Assembly: GCF_964194025.1 (NCBI RefSeq)
Contig: NC_134482.1
Coordinates: 41,664,001 to 41,728,000, forward strand
Direction of reading: 5' to 3'
DNA: 64,000 bases
Origin: Convolutriloba macropyga
Lineage: Eukaryota
Of the stretch, positions 1-13,890 are shown piece by piece (position 1 is the stretch's first letter; every line of letters starts with the position of its first letter). Both the position numbers and the translations under genes were made by a program. A model generated the notes under the pieces. The model saw nothing but the letters and a program-made list of their open reading frames with translations. It was not told the origin of the DNA and searched no databases.

Positions 1-2664
1 AGGCTTATAGTTGTTGCTTCGATGACGTGAAAGCGAATTGTTCACTACATCATGCCATATAACTAGGAGCTTCTTATAATGAAAGAAATGACTCAACTGG
101 AACTGCGCTGTTTTTTGGAATTTCAAAGCGTTAGGGTTGAAACTTAAACCCGGTAATGCGTAAACGTTACGTTTGTAACGATTTTGTGTTACTTGAGGCG
201 CAGTTTCTATGGCGTGATGAAGTGAACTTGCAGCTAATATGAAAACCATATAATGTTTTTACACTACAAATGATTTGAGTTTTGCTCAAACTCCGAACCT
301 TGATGTTAAATGCACGATTTTCACGAGTTACCATGAATAAGCGCTTATTTGAGGGAAAAAAATCAGTTACCTGATCTTTTTTTTGTGAAGTTTGAAAAAT
401 TTGACCAAACTTGTCTTTACAACATTTTAATCTATCTAACTACTATGTAAGTATGCTAGAATGATCGGATAGATTTTTTTCCCAATTTTTTTTTCAAATC
501 TGGTCAATTTTTTCAAACCTTTTCCTTGCTTCGCGTGATTTTATTTCGTATAAGACTTTACCCGTCCCAATTACTAGTATTTAGCCCTATTTGGTCAATT
601 CCAAAAATTTGACCAAAAATTTTCAAATTCGATGTTTTTCAATAAAAAATGTATGTGGTGGGTTGTCGGTGACCGTTATTCAACAAAAATTTGTTATTTG
701 GGACAGGAAATGGGTTCTGGGGGGCTAGATTTGCCAGTTAAGTAATCAATTTAATGCTTCAAATTATAAAAGAATCGCGATCAAGTTTTTTGGATAGTTC
801 TTACAGTTTTTTTTGTGTGCTCGAGCCATATCAAGGGACTTTAAGATTGTCATCGTGCTTCTCTCTCGGAATGTGCAACTTGCGTCTGATGCAAATACTG
901 ATTTCCTATGAGGCCTGGCGACTGGGCTTGATGGTGTTTTTGTTGTATCTGAATTTTTCTTTTGATACCTTTCTGTGCGAAGTGCCCTTCTAGACCTTCT
1001 GTGCTGTTTTTTAATCCGATAAAGGAAAAACCGACTCGGTTTCCAGCAAAGTGATCAACAAACGATAGTAAGCTTTATAATTGTGCTTATAATGATAATC
1101 AGGTTCAAAGTGTGTTAACTTCATTCACAAAACTAACTGATTGCAAGTAAAAAATTGCTTCGGGCTTCCAATAACATTGTAAACAGATTGCGTAATATCT
1201 GATAATCTAACACCCACTTGATGACATTTTGTAGTTGTTGACAATTTAATAAATTTCAAATTTTCCGCGTCTAGATTGACTCGGGTCAAGTTGTATATAG
1301 TCACCTGATTACGATTGGAAGGGAGTATAGTTGATTAAATCTGTACGCACAAGCAGAGATTACAATCAAAACACGCGATTAAATAGCCGGTTGGGTCAGT
1401 CGATCATTTGAGACGGGGTAAGTTGCCGTACGATAAGAGCCCACGAGGTATAAATGGGTGAAACGCAAGCGAGTGGGTTAAGCAAACCAGATAAAATATT
1501 CACAGACCGTCCCTTCTCCCGAGTCAGTGGTCAAATATTTACCCAACAACCGCCATACTTTCTTCACTAGCGCTCTGTTCTAGCATGCAGTGGTCTATTT
1601 AGGCCGGGAGCGGCTCCAAAACAAAGCTGATAAACAGTCTTTCGTGGTAGATTCAATTCATAACCGTATAAAGCAACGTTTTAGCAAGAAAACAACTGTA
1701 TTCAACCACGTATTAAGGCAAAAAGCACACCTAAAAGGCCCGGCAAATCTGGCTATATTTGCTAGCAGGGATTTTGTCTGAGCTCAGATTGGTCACCGAT
1801 ACGTTTTCGAAACATAAAAATATTAAGCCTAAAAAGAGCGCAATCGATTTAGTATATTAGTAGGCTTAACGAAAATTATGTTACACGAACTTTTTCTGAG
1901 CTTTCTATGCATATTAGATGTTAAATGGTTAAGAAATTACGTGATCCTTTCTCGCTTTAAATTCTCGCTTTAATTTAAATAGCTTTGCTCATTTACGCCG
2001 TAACAATCAACAATTTAGAAAATTGTCTTCAATTACTGGTTTGCTAACGCTACTAAACAAGGATAAAAGATTGAAAGGTGAAAAAAAGCAAAGACGTTTA
2101 ATATCTTAACCGATAAAAATTTTTGAAGCTTGTCTTCTCTTCGTTAAAACAAATAATTTTTACACTATAACAACAATCCCTAAAATCCTCTGAAGCTGAA
2201 TCTTTGAGCTAGCTTGTGTTGCGTACAAATGTAATTCACGAGACTGTGATTCAATAAAATTGAGCGAAAATTGGTGATCCGAAAACAGCAAAAAATCTTG
2301 TCTGTGGATACTTCAAACGCTTTGGTTTTGAACATTACGAATGTTGCTGTTATTATTTGTTGACATATCGGCCACAGAAAACATGTACATAGCACTGAGT
2401 TTTGTTACTCCAATTTGATTAACACATTTGTTAAACAATGTTTATGTTTGAAACGATAATGTTTTTTTTTCATAAAAGCAAGAAGGATTCGCCAAGAAAC
2501 GTTTATTAAGGTGGAAAAAATGATGACTAACCTCCCGGGTCGAGGTCCCAGTGCATTTCATTGCTGAATCATAGAATTTCAGTTTAACCAATCTCTGAAT
2601 ATTTGTATATGAAGCTTGCGACTATCGATCAGTCTATCCAGCACGCCTACATGCTGGTGTTAAT

Positions 2665-2742
2665 CTGAACAGGATGAATGTTAGACCTCTGTTAGTCTGA
2701 ACAGGATGAGTGTTAGTCCTCTGTTAGTCTGAACTAGATGAA
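2665..2742. repeat. Short tandem repeat, ~32-bp unit (TCTGAACAGGATGAGTGTTAGTCCTCTGTTAG), ~2.3 copies
   Basis: Direct repetition visible in the sequence. Confidence 0.75.
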
Positions 2743-2944
2743 GCCGATCGCACCGCTGTATGGTGAACTGGACAGTATGTATCGTCAATTTTATCAGTTC
2801 TACAGAAGGTACAGTGCAGTTCCTTGATAAAACATGATAACACATGATATATGAAATTTTCGAAAATCTATGAAAATGAGTAAAATGGCCGCTCGGGTGA
2901 ATCTGTTCATGATCTGCTCCTGTGAATGTACGGAAGAAAAGTGA

Positions 2945-3262
2945 TCCTGTGAATCAAAAAGAACTGCTCCTGTAGGGAGAATTGCTCCTTTATGGAGAAC
3001 TGCTCCTTTATGGAGAAGTGCTCCTGTGAATCAGGAAGGAAGGAAGAAGAAGAAGAAGTGATGAAGTGAAGAAGAAGAAGAAGAAGAAGAAGAAGTGATG
3101 AAGTGAAGAAGAAGTGAACAAGAAGAAAGTACTGGGGTGAGGGGGGAACAAATGTGCGCTCGCGCCGGCCGTTTCGCAAGGGGTAGTGGTTTCTGGTTAC
3201 GAAGGTAGAATTGTACTGGTGGCAAACGTACTGGGGGGAGGAGGGGGGGGGGGGGGGGGGGG
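2945..3262. repeat. Low-complexity block: 18-bp repeats (GGAGAACTGCTCCTTTAT), (GAA)n microsatellite and poly-G run
   Basis: Directly visible; explains the low-complexity ORFs 2907-3332, 3031-3282 and 3186-3479. Confidence 0.85.
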
Positions 3263-4519
3263 CGTATTCCGACCCACTCCAATTTCCGTCGTCCAGTTTC
3301 GTCGACACAATGACTATTGGTATTGTTATCACCTTCCCGATAGGTTAGATCCGTCAGGAGGGTGTTTCAGGAAACCAATCTTTCCACAGATGTCTCAAAC
3401 ACCGTTCCAACCCAAAGAGTACGAAAAAGGTGGAACGCCGGTCTGCGCCCTTCTTTTTGTATTCAAATGTTGCAGTTAGTTTGAGAATATATGCACACAG
3501 ATAAACAAAATTCTAAAATCTTTAGAACTTTTATCTCATTTAGTGCTCTATAAACAAAATTAACTGACGAATCTTTATCCCAGTGGATCTATAAAGTGCA
3601 TAATCTTTTCGAGAAGTTTCGTTTCTATTCAACTCCAGGACCAGACATACATCTTCTCTTGGAAATTCTATATAAGAAATTGAGTGATTGTTCCGACCCC
3701 ACTTGTGGGGGGGGGAGGAACTATATAATCAAACGGGTTTTTTTTTGTTCAGTCAATTTTGGCCGACCGATATATTCGTCGTAGAGAAATGTGACTGGTA
3801 TCATTAAAAAGCTGGTTCAGCGTAGAATTCAAAATTAAAAAGATTGTTTTGATTTTCGTTTTTTTTCAAGGAGTTATCGAGCATTGAAGTTTTGTGTGAA
3901 CACGGGATATTTGTTCAATTTTAGCGTAATTTTTCGCATAAATTAATATATTTTCTATAAAAATTGTATTTCGAAATTAAATTTCACGCCGAAAAATGGA
4001 CCATTTTTGTGTTCCTAATAGACTAAAGGCAATAAAAAATACTAGTTCTGGTCTCATAGGGAAGTTCACTATCAGAAAAAAATTGAGTTCTATTTGAGAG
4101 CTCTTTTTTATAAAATTTTTCTCTTTTTTTTCTGCTTTTTTTATAGTCACCTAGAGACAAGTCAGTTTTTATATTAAGGTTCTATTAATGACAAACCTCT
4201 TTTATTTTCAAATAAAGCCCAATGATCAAAAAACTTCGTTTTCAAGGAATTGCTTATGCTTTTTTTGGCTTCGATTCTGAGTTTTCGTATTTTTAAATGA
4301 AATTTTTAATTTTTTTTGAGGTTTTACTAATTTTTTGGAGTATTATGGCATGGATTAATTGACTAACAGTGCAAAATGTTCCATAATGAGCATTAAGTGA
4401 ACATATCCAGTGCTTTGAGGGGAGAGCTAATGACTGATAAGACTTAAAAAATAATTTTTCAATTTTTTTTGAACATAAAGAGTCATAATTTTATTATCGT
4501 GAACTGTAAGTCAGTACAG

Positions 4520-6060
4520 GAGTGACAGAACCCTCCTCATTCCTACTACAACCAATTTTAATCTCGTTGGCGGTTTTATCTTCTAGCTATTGGTTATATG
4601 GCAAACGAATACTTCAATGGCAAAAGATTTGAAAAAATTAAAAAATTATTTATGCATATTTTCGTATTATTGGTTACTTTTGAAATATTATCACATTATC
4701 CAAAAATTGAAAACTCCAATTGGCTTTAAGAAGATGTTCAGTGGATTAGCGATAAAATTTCATAGAAAGATTTATGGCTTAAAAGACTTCGATGCGTTAT
4801 TTTTGCACTTTTCTATGGAATTTTTTGTTTTTGCATGTTTTTTTGTTGTTGTTTTAATAGTCATAAGACTTATTGTGATATTGTATTGATTACCTATGCA
4901 TGACAAACATAAATTTACTCCCATAAGGCATCTTTGAGCGTATTTATTGACTTCCGTTGAAAGCAATTGAAATTATTGGCTGCTAGGAATTTAAAAATAA
5001 ATTTTCGAAATTTTTTTTGAACACTAACAAATCTTAAACTTTTCCGTGAACTGTTAGTCAGTGTCAGCATTGACAGGGCCCACTTTCTTTCTATTGCAAC
5101 TAAAAATAAGGTGGTTTTGGTCTTAGCTTCTGACTTCTGGTTATATGACTTCACTGACACAAGATTTTAATTTTTTTTTTAACATTTTTTGGTTATTTTT
5201 GTATTATTGGTTACCTTTGAACTCTTATCACATTATCCAAACTTTACACACATTATCAAAAAACATTTCTAAGCCGTTGACTTAGAGAGGACGTTCAATG
5301 AATCACAGATAAGTCTTTCAGGGAAAGGCTAATGCTTTAATTGGCTTCGACACTTTCTTCTCGCACTTTTCTACTGAATTTTTGCTTTTACATGTTTTTT
5401 TAAATATTTTTACTGTCATAAAACTTATTGTGATGTCTTGTTATCTATCTATGCATGACAAACAACCTTTTTCTCCTATCGGGTTATATCTGAGCGTAGT
5501 TATTGAGATCCGTCGAATGATTTTAGTTAAATGGCAGTTAAGAGTTTGAAAGTAAATTTTTTTGAACATTATCCAATCCTAAACTTTTTTTCTCGAAGTC
5601 TTGGTCGATGTCAGTACTAACAGAATCCCTTTCCGTTGTACTGCAGCCAAAATTAATCTGGTTAGCGGTTTTATCTTCTACCTATTAGTTTTAAAACTTC
5701 AATGCCACGAGGTTTCTTAATTTCTTTTTTATTTTCGGGTACTTTATTTTGGGATCCTTTTGAAATCTTATCACATCAGCCTACTGCTATTAGTCACCAT
5801 TGGTTTAGGGAAGAAGTTTGACGGATCATAGATGAAGTTTTCAGAGAAGAACTTACGATTTGAATTGCTTCGACATTTTCTTCTGGAACTTTTCTACTGA
5901 ATTTTTGATTTTTGCCAGTCTCTGTTGTTGTTTTCATAGTCAATAACATGTTGTAAGATCTTTCTGATGAAATATGACTGGCAAACAAACTTTTTTCCCA
6001 TCGAAGCACAATTTAGCGTATTTACTGGAGTCTGTTGATAGCTAATGAATTTGATGGCGT
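4520..6060. repeat. Old diverged tandem repeat, ~545-bp unit, about 3 copies
   Basis: Recurring anchors such as GCGGTTTT(T)ATCTTCTA (~4570, ~5665; degenerate at ~5110), TTATCACATTATCC, CTTCGA..TTTTCT and GCATGACAAACA at ~545-bp spacing; boundaries approximate. Confidence 0.65.
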
Positions 6061-7535
6061 TGATAATACGTGTTTTCTCGAAAATTTTGTGGTTCTAATG
6101 CAATTGCTCATGTTTGCTGATTTTTTGAAATTATATTGATAAGAAAAAAAAATCCCATTGCTCTTAAAAAACAATGGAAAATAGAAGAGTTTTTTTTTTA
6201 AACGTTCACTTTTTTATTGCCTTCGACACTTTTCTCGCTCAATTTCTTCTTGAACTTGCTGTTTTTGTTCTTAAGGTAGCCGTAAATTGGTGACAGGTCC
6301 CATAGGCTTGTAATTGAGGATTGAATGATTGATGTTACCCAAAACAGTCAGTTCATAGCGAAAATTAAAGTTTATGATAAACATTTTGAAATACTTCTTC
6401 CAACTTTTCAGTTTTTGTTGTTCTTTTTGTCAAATTGTAACTTATTTTCATCAATCAGAGGTCCCATCCAATTTCTTTTATTTCAAAAAATAACATATCT
6501 GTTGAATTTTTTTTTTCACTAGTGTTTTGTTTGTTGGACAATATGCGTTTTCTGAACGTTTATTGAGTGGCCAGTTTTTGTGTTTCTTTTTCTCTTCTTT
6601 CAGAACAATCGCGTAATAGTAGATCCCAATGGTTTTCAAATGTGGCCCAGGTAAACTTATTTAATCTCTCAGTATAAATCCTTCAGCTGAATTAGTAGAA
6701 ATAACAATTGAAATAAAAATACATAATATTCAGATGATAGCTAATGATTTGAATGGTAGCAGTAGTTTGTGTGTTCGCAAATCGTTTGTAATTTTTTGAG
6801 TTTCTTTTGTGTTCGTTTCTATGGTTTAGTCTAACCAAAGACATGTCCTTTTGGTGTTTTAATAACTTTCTAGTAACTTATCAAAGATTAGTTAGTCAAA
6901 AGGTAATGATTTTTAAGATTTTTGAAATTTCTTGGTGTAAAAAATGTTGATTAATTTATAAGTTTCGCCTCACTGTTCGTTCTTTTTGTCGGCTTGTTAC
7001 CTAGTCTCATTAAGAAAACTTTCCATCTGCTGTACAGTTAGGAAAAAGTTAACTTGTGTAGTTAAGGTTTTATCAGACTGCTTTTTGACGTTGTTACTAG
7101 GTGCTTTTAAAAATAGATTTTTAGTTTTTGCCCTGAAATTCTTCTTTGTGCTAATTTTTTTTTTGTTTTTTTGTCTCTTAGTCTCTTTGATGTCAGATCA
7201 CGTTGGCGCTGTAATGAGTCATGGAATTTTGTAATTCAATTAGTAGATAGGTTGTGTAACGATTGTTTTAAACTCAAACGTCTATTTTTGTTATCTCTTC
7301 ATTTGGTTGACAATTTAGTCAAAAATGTAGATGAGCTCGGGTCGGAACATCATGTGCGAACGCACAATAACGAGCCGCCTTGTTGTTTTTTGGCATTAAA
7401 TTTCCTGCTCCACAGTTGCGATTCAAATAACAATTTTTGCACAGAAAGAGAACTTCGGTTATTATTTGCAATTTAAAAATTGTAATTTTAACATAAAAAC
7501 CTATTAATCGGAGAGTGAATTTGAGAAACTCCATT

Positions 7536-7735
7536 NNNNNNNNNNNNNNNNNNNNNNNNNNNNNNNNNNNNNNNNNNNNNNNNNNNNNNNNNNNNNNNNN
7601 NNNNNNNNNNNNNNNNNNNNNNNNNNNNNNNNNNNNNNNNNNNNNNNNNNNNNNNNNNNNNNNNNNNNNNNNNNNNNNNNNNNNNNNNNNNNNNNNNNNN
7701 NNNNNNNNNNNNNNNNNNNNNNNNNNNNNNNNNNN
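7536..7735. other. Assembly gap (200 N)
   Basis: Run of N. Confidence 1.
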
Positions 7736-7739
7736 CGAA

Positions 7740-9066
7740 GAGGAGTATTGATATTCTACAGGTTTTTTTTAGCAGAAAGCAAGTTTGTTCATGACTTCAT
7801 TTTTGACTTCTTTCTATTCGAGCTTTTCCCTCCGTTTTTGATTGTTGAATTCTGTTTTCGAACATTGGATTTTAACAATAGCTTAGTTAGTAATATATAG
7901 CAATTAGTAACATTCTGTAATTCAAGGTGAAGGGGTCAATTTGAGAAAAATTGATCCCATTTAACTACCTACCCCCCCCAAAAAAAAACTACCCCACGTA
8001 CCTACCCCCCAACGTACCTACTCCCCCAACCCCAACGTACCTACTCCCCCAACCCCAACGTACCTACCCCTCCCTCCCTCTCTCCATCCCCCCCCTCGTA
8101 CCTACCTATCCCCCCACGTACCTACCTACCCCCCCCGTGTTTTTGCCTACCCCCCCCCCACACGTACTTACCTACCCCCCCCCCCCCCGCAACGTACCAA
8201 CCCCCCACCCCACCTACCTACACCCCCCTTCACCATCTACCTGCCCCCACCTTACCAACCCCCCAGCACCTACCCACACCCCTGAACTGAAAAATTTTTA
8301 ATGCCTTTTATGTTATATTGGTCTACTACTTTGTTTTGTTATTCCTTGTGTTTTTTTTTTCGATATTCTGATTTTGTCCAAGTTAGGGCAGAGATTATTT
8401 TGCACGACGATTCGAGTTGTTTCCGGTATTACACCAGCTATGTTTTTTTTTATAGCAGAAAGCACGTTTGTTCATGACTTGAATTTTGACTTCTTTCTAT
8501 TCGAGCTTTTACCTCAGTTTTTGATTGTTGACTTCTGTTTTCGAACATTGGATTTTAACAATAGCTTAGTTAGTAATATATAGCAATTAGTAACATTCTG
8601 TAATTCAAGGTGAAGAGGTCAATTTGAGAAAATTTGATCCGATTTAACTACCTACCCCCCAAAAAAACTACCCCCCCCCACGTACCTACCTCCCCCCAAC
8701 CCTAACGTACTACCCCCCCCCCCCCAACATCAACGTACCTACCCTTCTTCCCCTCGTACCTACCCACCTACCCCCCCCCCCCCCCCCACGTACGTACCTA
8801 CACCCCCCTCCACGCAATGTACCTACCCCCCACCCCACCTACCTACACCCCCACCACCACCTACCTGCCCCCACCTACCAACCCCCCCCCCCCCCCCCAC
8901 CAGCACCTACCCACACCCCTGAACTGAAAAAAATTTTAACGCTTTTTATGTTATATTGGTCTACTATTTTTGTTATTTCTAGTGTTTTTTTTCGATATTC
9001 TGATTTTGTCCCATTTAGGGTAAAGATTATTTTGCACGACGATTTGAGTCGTTTCCGGTATTCTAC
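7740..9066. repeat. Tandem duplication, ~684-bp unit x2, each with a C-rich (CCCCCACGTACCTACC)n minisatellite; potential G-quadruplex on the minus strand
   Basis: AGCAGAAAGCA.GTTTGTTCATGACT at 7771 and 8455; C-rich tracts at 7965-8285 and 8648-8922. Confidence 0.85.
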
Positions 9067-10568
9067 CGGCTATTGCGGTGCTCTTGGTTTTTACAATTCA
9101 AAGAATTTGAATTGTATTGGGGCGCTGTCTTTTTTTTTTTTTTTTAAGATCTGTTCACACATTTTCATGATTTTTGAAGTCAAATTGGAGTGGTGATTTT
9201 GGTCACGCCGAAACAGGAAATGGAGCGAAAAAGCGAGTGGTTTTGCGGCGTGAATTTTTTTCGCTCTAATTTTAAAGTAGAGTGAGAAAACGGTGTTTGA
9301 ACAAAAATTCGGTTTCTCGGTACGGTTTTTTGTTCACATGCGGCAATTTCACTCTGATTTTTACTGTTTTTTCGATTTTTTGGATTGGATTTTTTTCTAA
9401 ATGGTTTTCACAATCCATTCACAGCTCATTCTAGGCCTAGTTTTTTATTTGAATTAAATTTTCATTTCTCGCTGGGGGTTTTTCTGTTCACATGTGGCAT
9501 TTTGATATTGATTTTCTGTTTTTTTCTTATTTTTTTGATCTCATTTTTTTAAAAATGGTTTTCTGAATTCACTCATAAACCATTCTAGGCCTAGTTTTCC
9601 TGTTTAGTCAATGAAAATTCTTTGAATTGTACGTCAGGACTTGTCCTGCTATTTTTTTTTGTTTCGTCGTCTGACGCTCTTTTTTCGTTTTACATTTGTT
9701 CACACAGCAGAGCTGAAAAAGTAAAATTTTCTGAATGACTTCTTCCTCTCACTAACGGCATTTGCGCGCGTGACGTCATTTCTCACTCGCTTTAGCAAAA
9801 GTTCTTAAGTTATTTTCGTGATTAGATTTTGATCATACGTGACTTATTTCACTCAATAAAATGACTTTTGCACTTTAAAACTTAAGTTTAATTTGAATTT
9901 GTTTAAGGTCAAAGGAACTCATATGTGCAGTAAAGGTCCTTAATGGGAGCCTTCTGCGGAATGAATTTTAACAAGCTTTATTAATTTATCGCTGAATGTT
10001 TTTAGCCTAGTTTTTCGAGCGGCGTCGATTTTTTTTTCAATTTAGATCTGTATCTGTTTCTATCTCTATTATATGGCACGCAGGTCTATTCTTTCGCAGC
10101 TATTCCGGCAATCTGCCGGCTATGTTGTTCAAATAAAATCATGATAAAATAAAATTGCATCACTCTTCGAATGAACAGAAATCTTAAAATTTTCGACAAG
10201 TGTGGAAAATTTTGAGAAGAATGATAATAAAAGGAGGTGCTTTGTTAGAAAATCTTTTTCTCTATCAACTTAATTCCTTCCTGTTTTCTAAAATAAATAA
10301 ACAAAATATTAGCCGTCATGTATGTTTTATCAGGATATATCTGAGTTCTATCCAGACGCACTATCTTTTTTGAATGCATGTTTTTTCAACCAAGTCTTGT
10401 TTCACTTGTCACGATTTTTACCAAGGTGTTCCACGAAATATTAGTCGGTAAAGATTTTGTAAAGATGTTTCAATTTATGCAAGAGGTATCAAAATGAGAT
10501 GAAATTGAAGGGTGCATCAGGTTTCGTTTCACTGGGCAAACCTTCATCTTTTGGTTCTACTTTATTAG

Positions 10569-10724
10569 GTTAAGCAAGAGCGTGATCGAATGAACACAAA
10601 ATTGGTGGCCGAGATAGACGCAATTAAGGCTGACTCCCAGGCACTGAGAAAAGACAAAGACAACGAAATCAGAAACCTCAAAGACAACTCAAACAAACTA
10701 GAAGACCTCATTGCTGCACTGCAG
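10569..10724 (+). CDS. Internal exon of a host coiled-coil protein gene (VKQERDRMNTKLVAEIDAIKADSQALRKDKDNEIRNLKDNSNKLEDLIAALQ)
   Basis: TTTATTAG| acceptor, CAG|GTTAGT donor, 156 nt open in phase 0-0, heptad-like K/E/D/L/I composition; not in the ORF track. Confidence 0.75.
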
Positions 10725-11525
10725 GTTAGTTGGTAGAGGTTAAGTGTTTCTCTTAATTTCACGGACAAATTCGGGAAATAATTGCGAAATAAACAGCGTT
10801 TTGGGATGTTAGCCCAGGCTTCGAACTGAATTTTGCGTAGTTATCCGAGACACTCACGTTTACGTTTGAAATAGAAACGTATCTTTTCATCAGAGCCAAA
10901 ACGTCCCTGCCCCCAAACACCATAATAAATAGGCGGCTATACACTATTTGCCCAACAAGATGACGAGGGGGGGGGGGGGGGGGGGGTATTACGCGTATCT
11001 TGAAGCATAAAGTAAGGCGACTCTGAAAGAGGCACTTGGAAACTCTACTTTTATATTTTGAAGTGATTCGCAGTTCCTGAGAAACGCAATAAATTCTCAG
11101 TGACTTTAAGCAGAGTTACAAAACTTATAACTTAACAACTTTGAAGACCGGTTTTAAGATCTGTGAAGATTTTAAGTGTGTTCTAATTTTCTTGGCCGAG
11201 TGTGTTTTAAACTGTCGTGGCAAATGTTCGAATCGAGCTATCAAGAACAAAAGACAACAAACATTACATGTGTTCCATACTGTTTGAATCAGCATTACGT
11301 GGTAAATTGATTCGAGTTATGGGAAACTTATTCAAGTTTGTCACTCCTTCTTAGGACCATGTTTTTCTATTAAGGTTAAAACTCTGCATGGAAAATTGTG
11401 ACAGAAAGTAGATTCATTTCGATTTTGCTTCAAAATTGGGTACATCTGTCAAAATTTTCAAGAAGCGTGTTATTGAGCAGGCGTGGACAGCAGTCGCACG
11501 ATCTTTTCACACTTGTCTATGCTCC

Positions 11526-11930
11526 CAGCATCACATTTGTCACGGTTATGAACCGCAATAATTAACCATTCAGCATCACATTTGTCACGGTTATGAACCG
11601 CGATAGTTAACCATTCAGCATCACATTTGTCACGGTTATGAACCACGATAGTTAACCATTCAGCATCACATTTGTCACGGTTATGAACCGCGATAGTTAA
11701 CCATTCAGCATCACATTTGTCACGGTTATGAACCGCGATAGTTAACCATTCAGCATCACATTTGTCACGGTTATGAACCGCGATAGTTAACCATTCAGCA
11801 TCACATTTGTCACGGTTATGAACCGCGATAGTTAACCATTCAGCATCACATTTGTCACGGTTATGAACCGCGATAGTTAACCATTCAGCATCACATTTGT
11901 CACGGTTATGAACCGCGATAGTTAACCATT
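11526..11930. repeat. Minisatellite, 45-bp unit x9 (CAGCATCACATTTGTCACGGTTATGAACCGCGATAGTTAACCATT)
   Basis: Nine near-identical head-to-tail copies with no spacers. Confidence 0.97.
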
Positions 11931-13335
11931 TGTCAATTAGATCGAAAAGAAAAGAGGCCTAATTGTTGATTAATTTCAAAATCCTCGATCGAAGTACTAA
12001 TTGTGTATAAGAAAACAATAGCATTTTTTCGCAGCTACTCATATTATTTCCTACGAGAACAAATAAAGCTGTAATTTGGGTCTCAAGTAATAACTAATTA
12101 AAATCAAGCAATGAGGTATTATGTCCAAAGAAAACTCAAAACTGTGAACAAAGCTTACGTTTATCGGTGCATACGACCAGCAATTCTGATTCTTCTTTAG
12201 TCACCTATGTCTCCAATTGATGTAACCATTTTAATTAAAAAGGTATTGTCAATGTTGTTCAAGAAATTACAAATAAACCGAAAAAGATCGGACTTTGATT
12301 ACGTCATGTAAAAATTTGTGATCTTTTCCATGTTATCCCCCTGCTTATTGGGCTATATATTTTGCGTCCCCAGGCGCGTGCTTTTATACATTGTAACGTA
12401 CTATATAACGACGGTTGATTTGAAACTGGGGGCGTAAAAAACAATGAGAGGGTGCAAAACAGAATAGATCCAACGTATGACTAACGTTGGATCTTTTCGG
12501 AAAATGTCTTCTCTGCTGCAAAGGGGAGGCAATTCGTAAAAAGGATTGAAGCGAGCAAACTAGTGAGTGATGGGTTTAGCTGTAAAGTATGCTTTTGTGC
12601 TTATCTTAAGTATTAAGTAAAATAATTTTGATTATATTTAAGAAAAGTAGGAAATTTTTGGCACCAAATGGCGAGACAATTATTGAAACGATCCTAAATT
12701 TTTCGAGTGCAAAGGAAATTAAACCAGATTATCACGGCTTTAATCATTTTTAAATTAAAATTGCACGTAATGAAAAAATGCACAAAAAATGAGTTTTCTG
12801 GTATAAATGAGTGCCCATTTCAGGACGTGCTTTTTTAGTTGAATTGCATTAGGTGTTGAAAATCACTAGAAACGGCGTTTTTTTTATAAAATATTGTTTT
12901 CAATAACAAAAAGTAACAAGTTTTACAGGTGTTAAATTGATCTCAAATGTTTGTAGCAATACTAATAGTTTTTTTTTGCAATTTTTTGTGCACTTCCAAC
13001 TTTTTGTCTGATCGTTTCTTTTTCATCTGATCATTTGACTTTTTGTCATCAAAATTGTGATAAAACATATAAAACCTGGAGGGGAGGGCATTAATTTTTC
13101 TTAGAGTCTTACGCCTCACCAGTTTCTTAGTATGCAATTCGAAACAGCCCCCCTACGCCCGCTCCTCAAACACGACCACTTCGATTCCCGCACTTCACCC
13201 CTCCAACCTATTCAACCTGTACTCCTGTACACTCGACTCCACCCACGCTCACTACCTACCCCACTCTCCATTGTTCCACGATGACCCACCACCACGATGA
13301 CTACCTCAGTTAAGCTAAAACAAGCCTTTCTAAGC

Positions 13336-13765
13336 CACAGCTAGCTACTGACGAAGCAGAACGCTCGCCAGTCGTTCGAGAACAACCGTCGTTAGTAGGA
13401 TACATTCAACATTTTTGTGGAATGAAAAGTCATTCAAAAATTTTAATAATAGTTTTAAAATTTTGCCCAAAATTGCAAACGTTTAAACCATAATTTTAAG
13501 GTAAATTTCAGGTTTAGTTAAGGCAAAGTTAAGGTATTTTTAAGGTAATTTTAATGTAATTATTTAAGGTAATTGTAAGGGAAGTTAGAGTAAAATTTGA
13601 GGTTTTTTAAAGTAGTGAGGCCTTAATTTTTCAGGTAAATTTCAGGTAAAGTTAGGGTTAGTTAAGGTGAGTTAAGGAATGGCAAATCTACCTTAACAGT
13701 TATATTGAGTTATGATATTTTTTAAGGTAAAATTACCTTAACTTTATTTAGTGTGTTCCCCTGTG
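13336..13765. mobile_element. Possible small non-autonomous CACTA-like element with internal AAGGT(AAA) repeats
   Basis: CACAG...CTGTG ends and dense AAGGT repeats at 13495-13745; no matching TSD found. Confidence 0.3.
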
Positions 13766-13794
13766 CAATTAAAGAAATGCTTTTATGATTTTAG

Positions 13795-13890
13795 AAAGCG
13801 AAAGCGGAGCTAGAACTGCTTCTTCGCAGCAAAGATGACCAAATTGGAAACCTCAGTCGGCAGAACAAAGATCTCCAAGAACTACTCAAG
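13795..13890 (+). CDS. Further exon of the host coiled-coil protein gene (KAKAELELLLRSKDDQIGNLSRQNKDLQELLK)
   Basis: GATTTTAG| acceptor, AAG|GTGTGC donor, 96 nt phase 0-0, joins in frame with 10569-10724 and shares a KD.(E/Q)I.NL motif with it. Confidence 0.72.

Noticed and set aside
7515-7751. ORF of X residues
   Set aside because: Spans the assembly gap
7951-8301. Extensin-like proline-rich ORF (also 2907-3479 low-complexity ORFs)
   Set aside because: Translation of C/G-rich and GAA simple repeats; frame not kept in the duplicate copy
11526-11930. CRISPR array
   Set aside because: Units are contiguous and near-identical with no unique spacers, no cas genes, eukaryotic context
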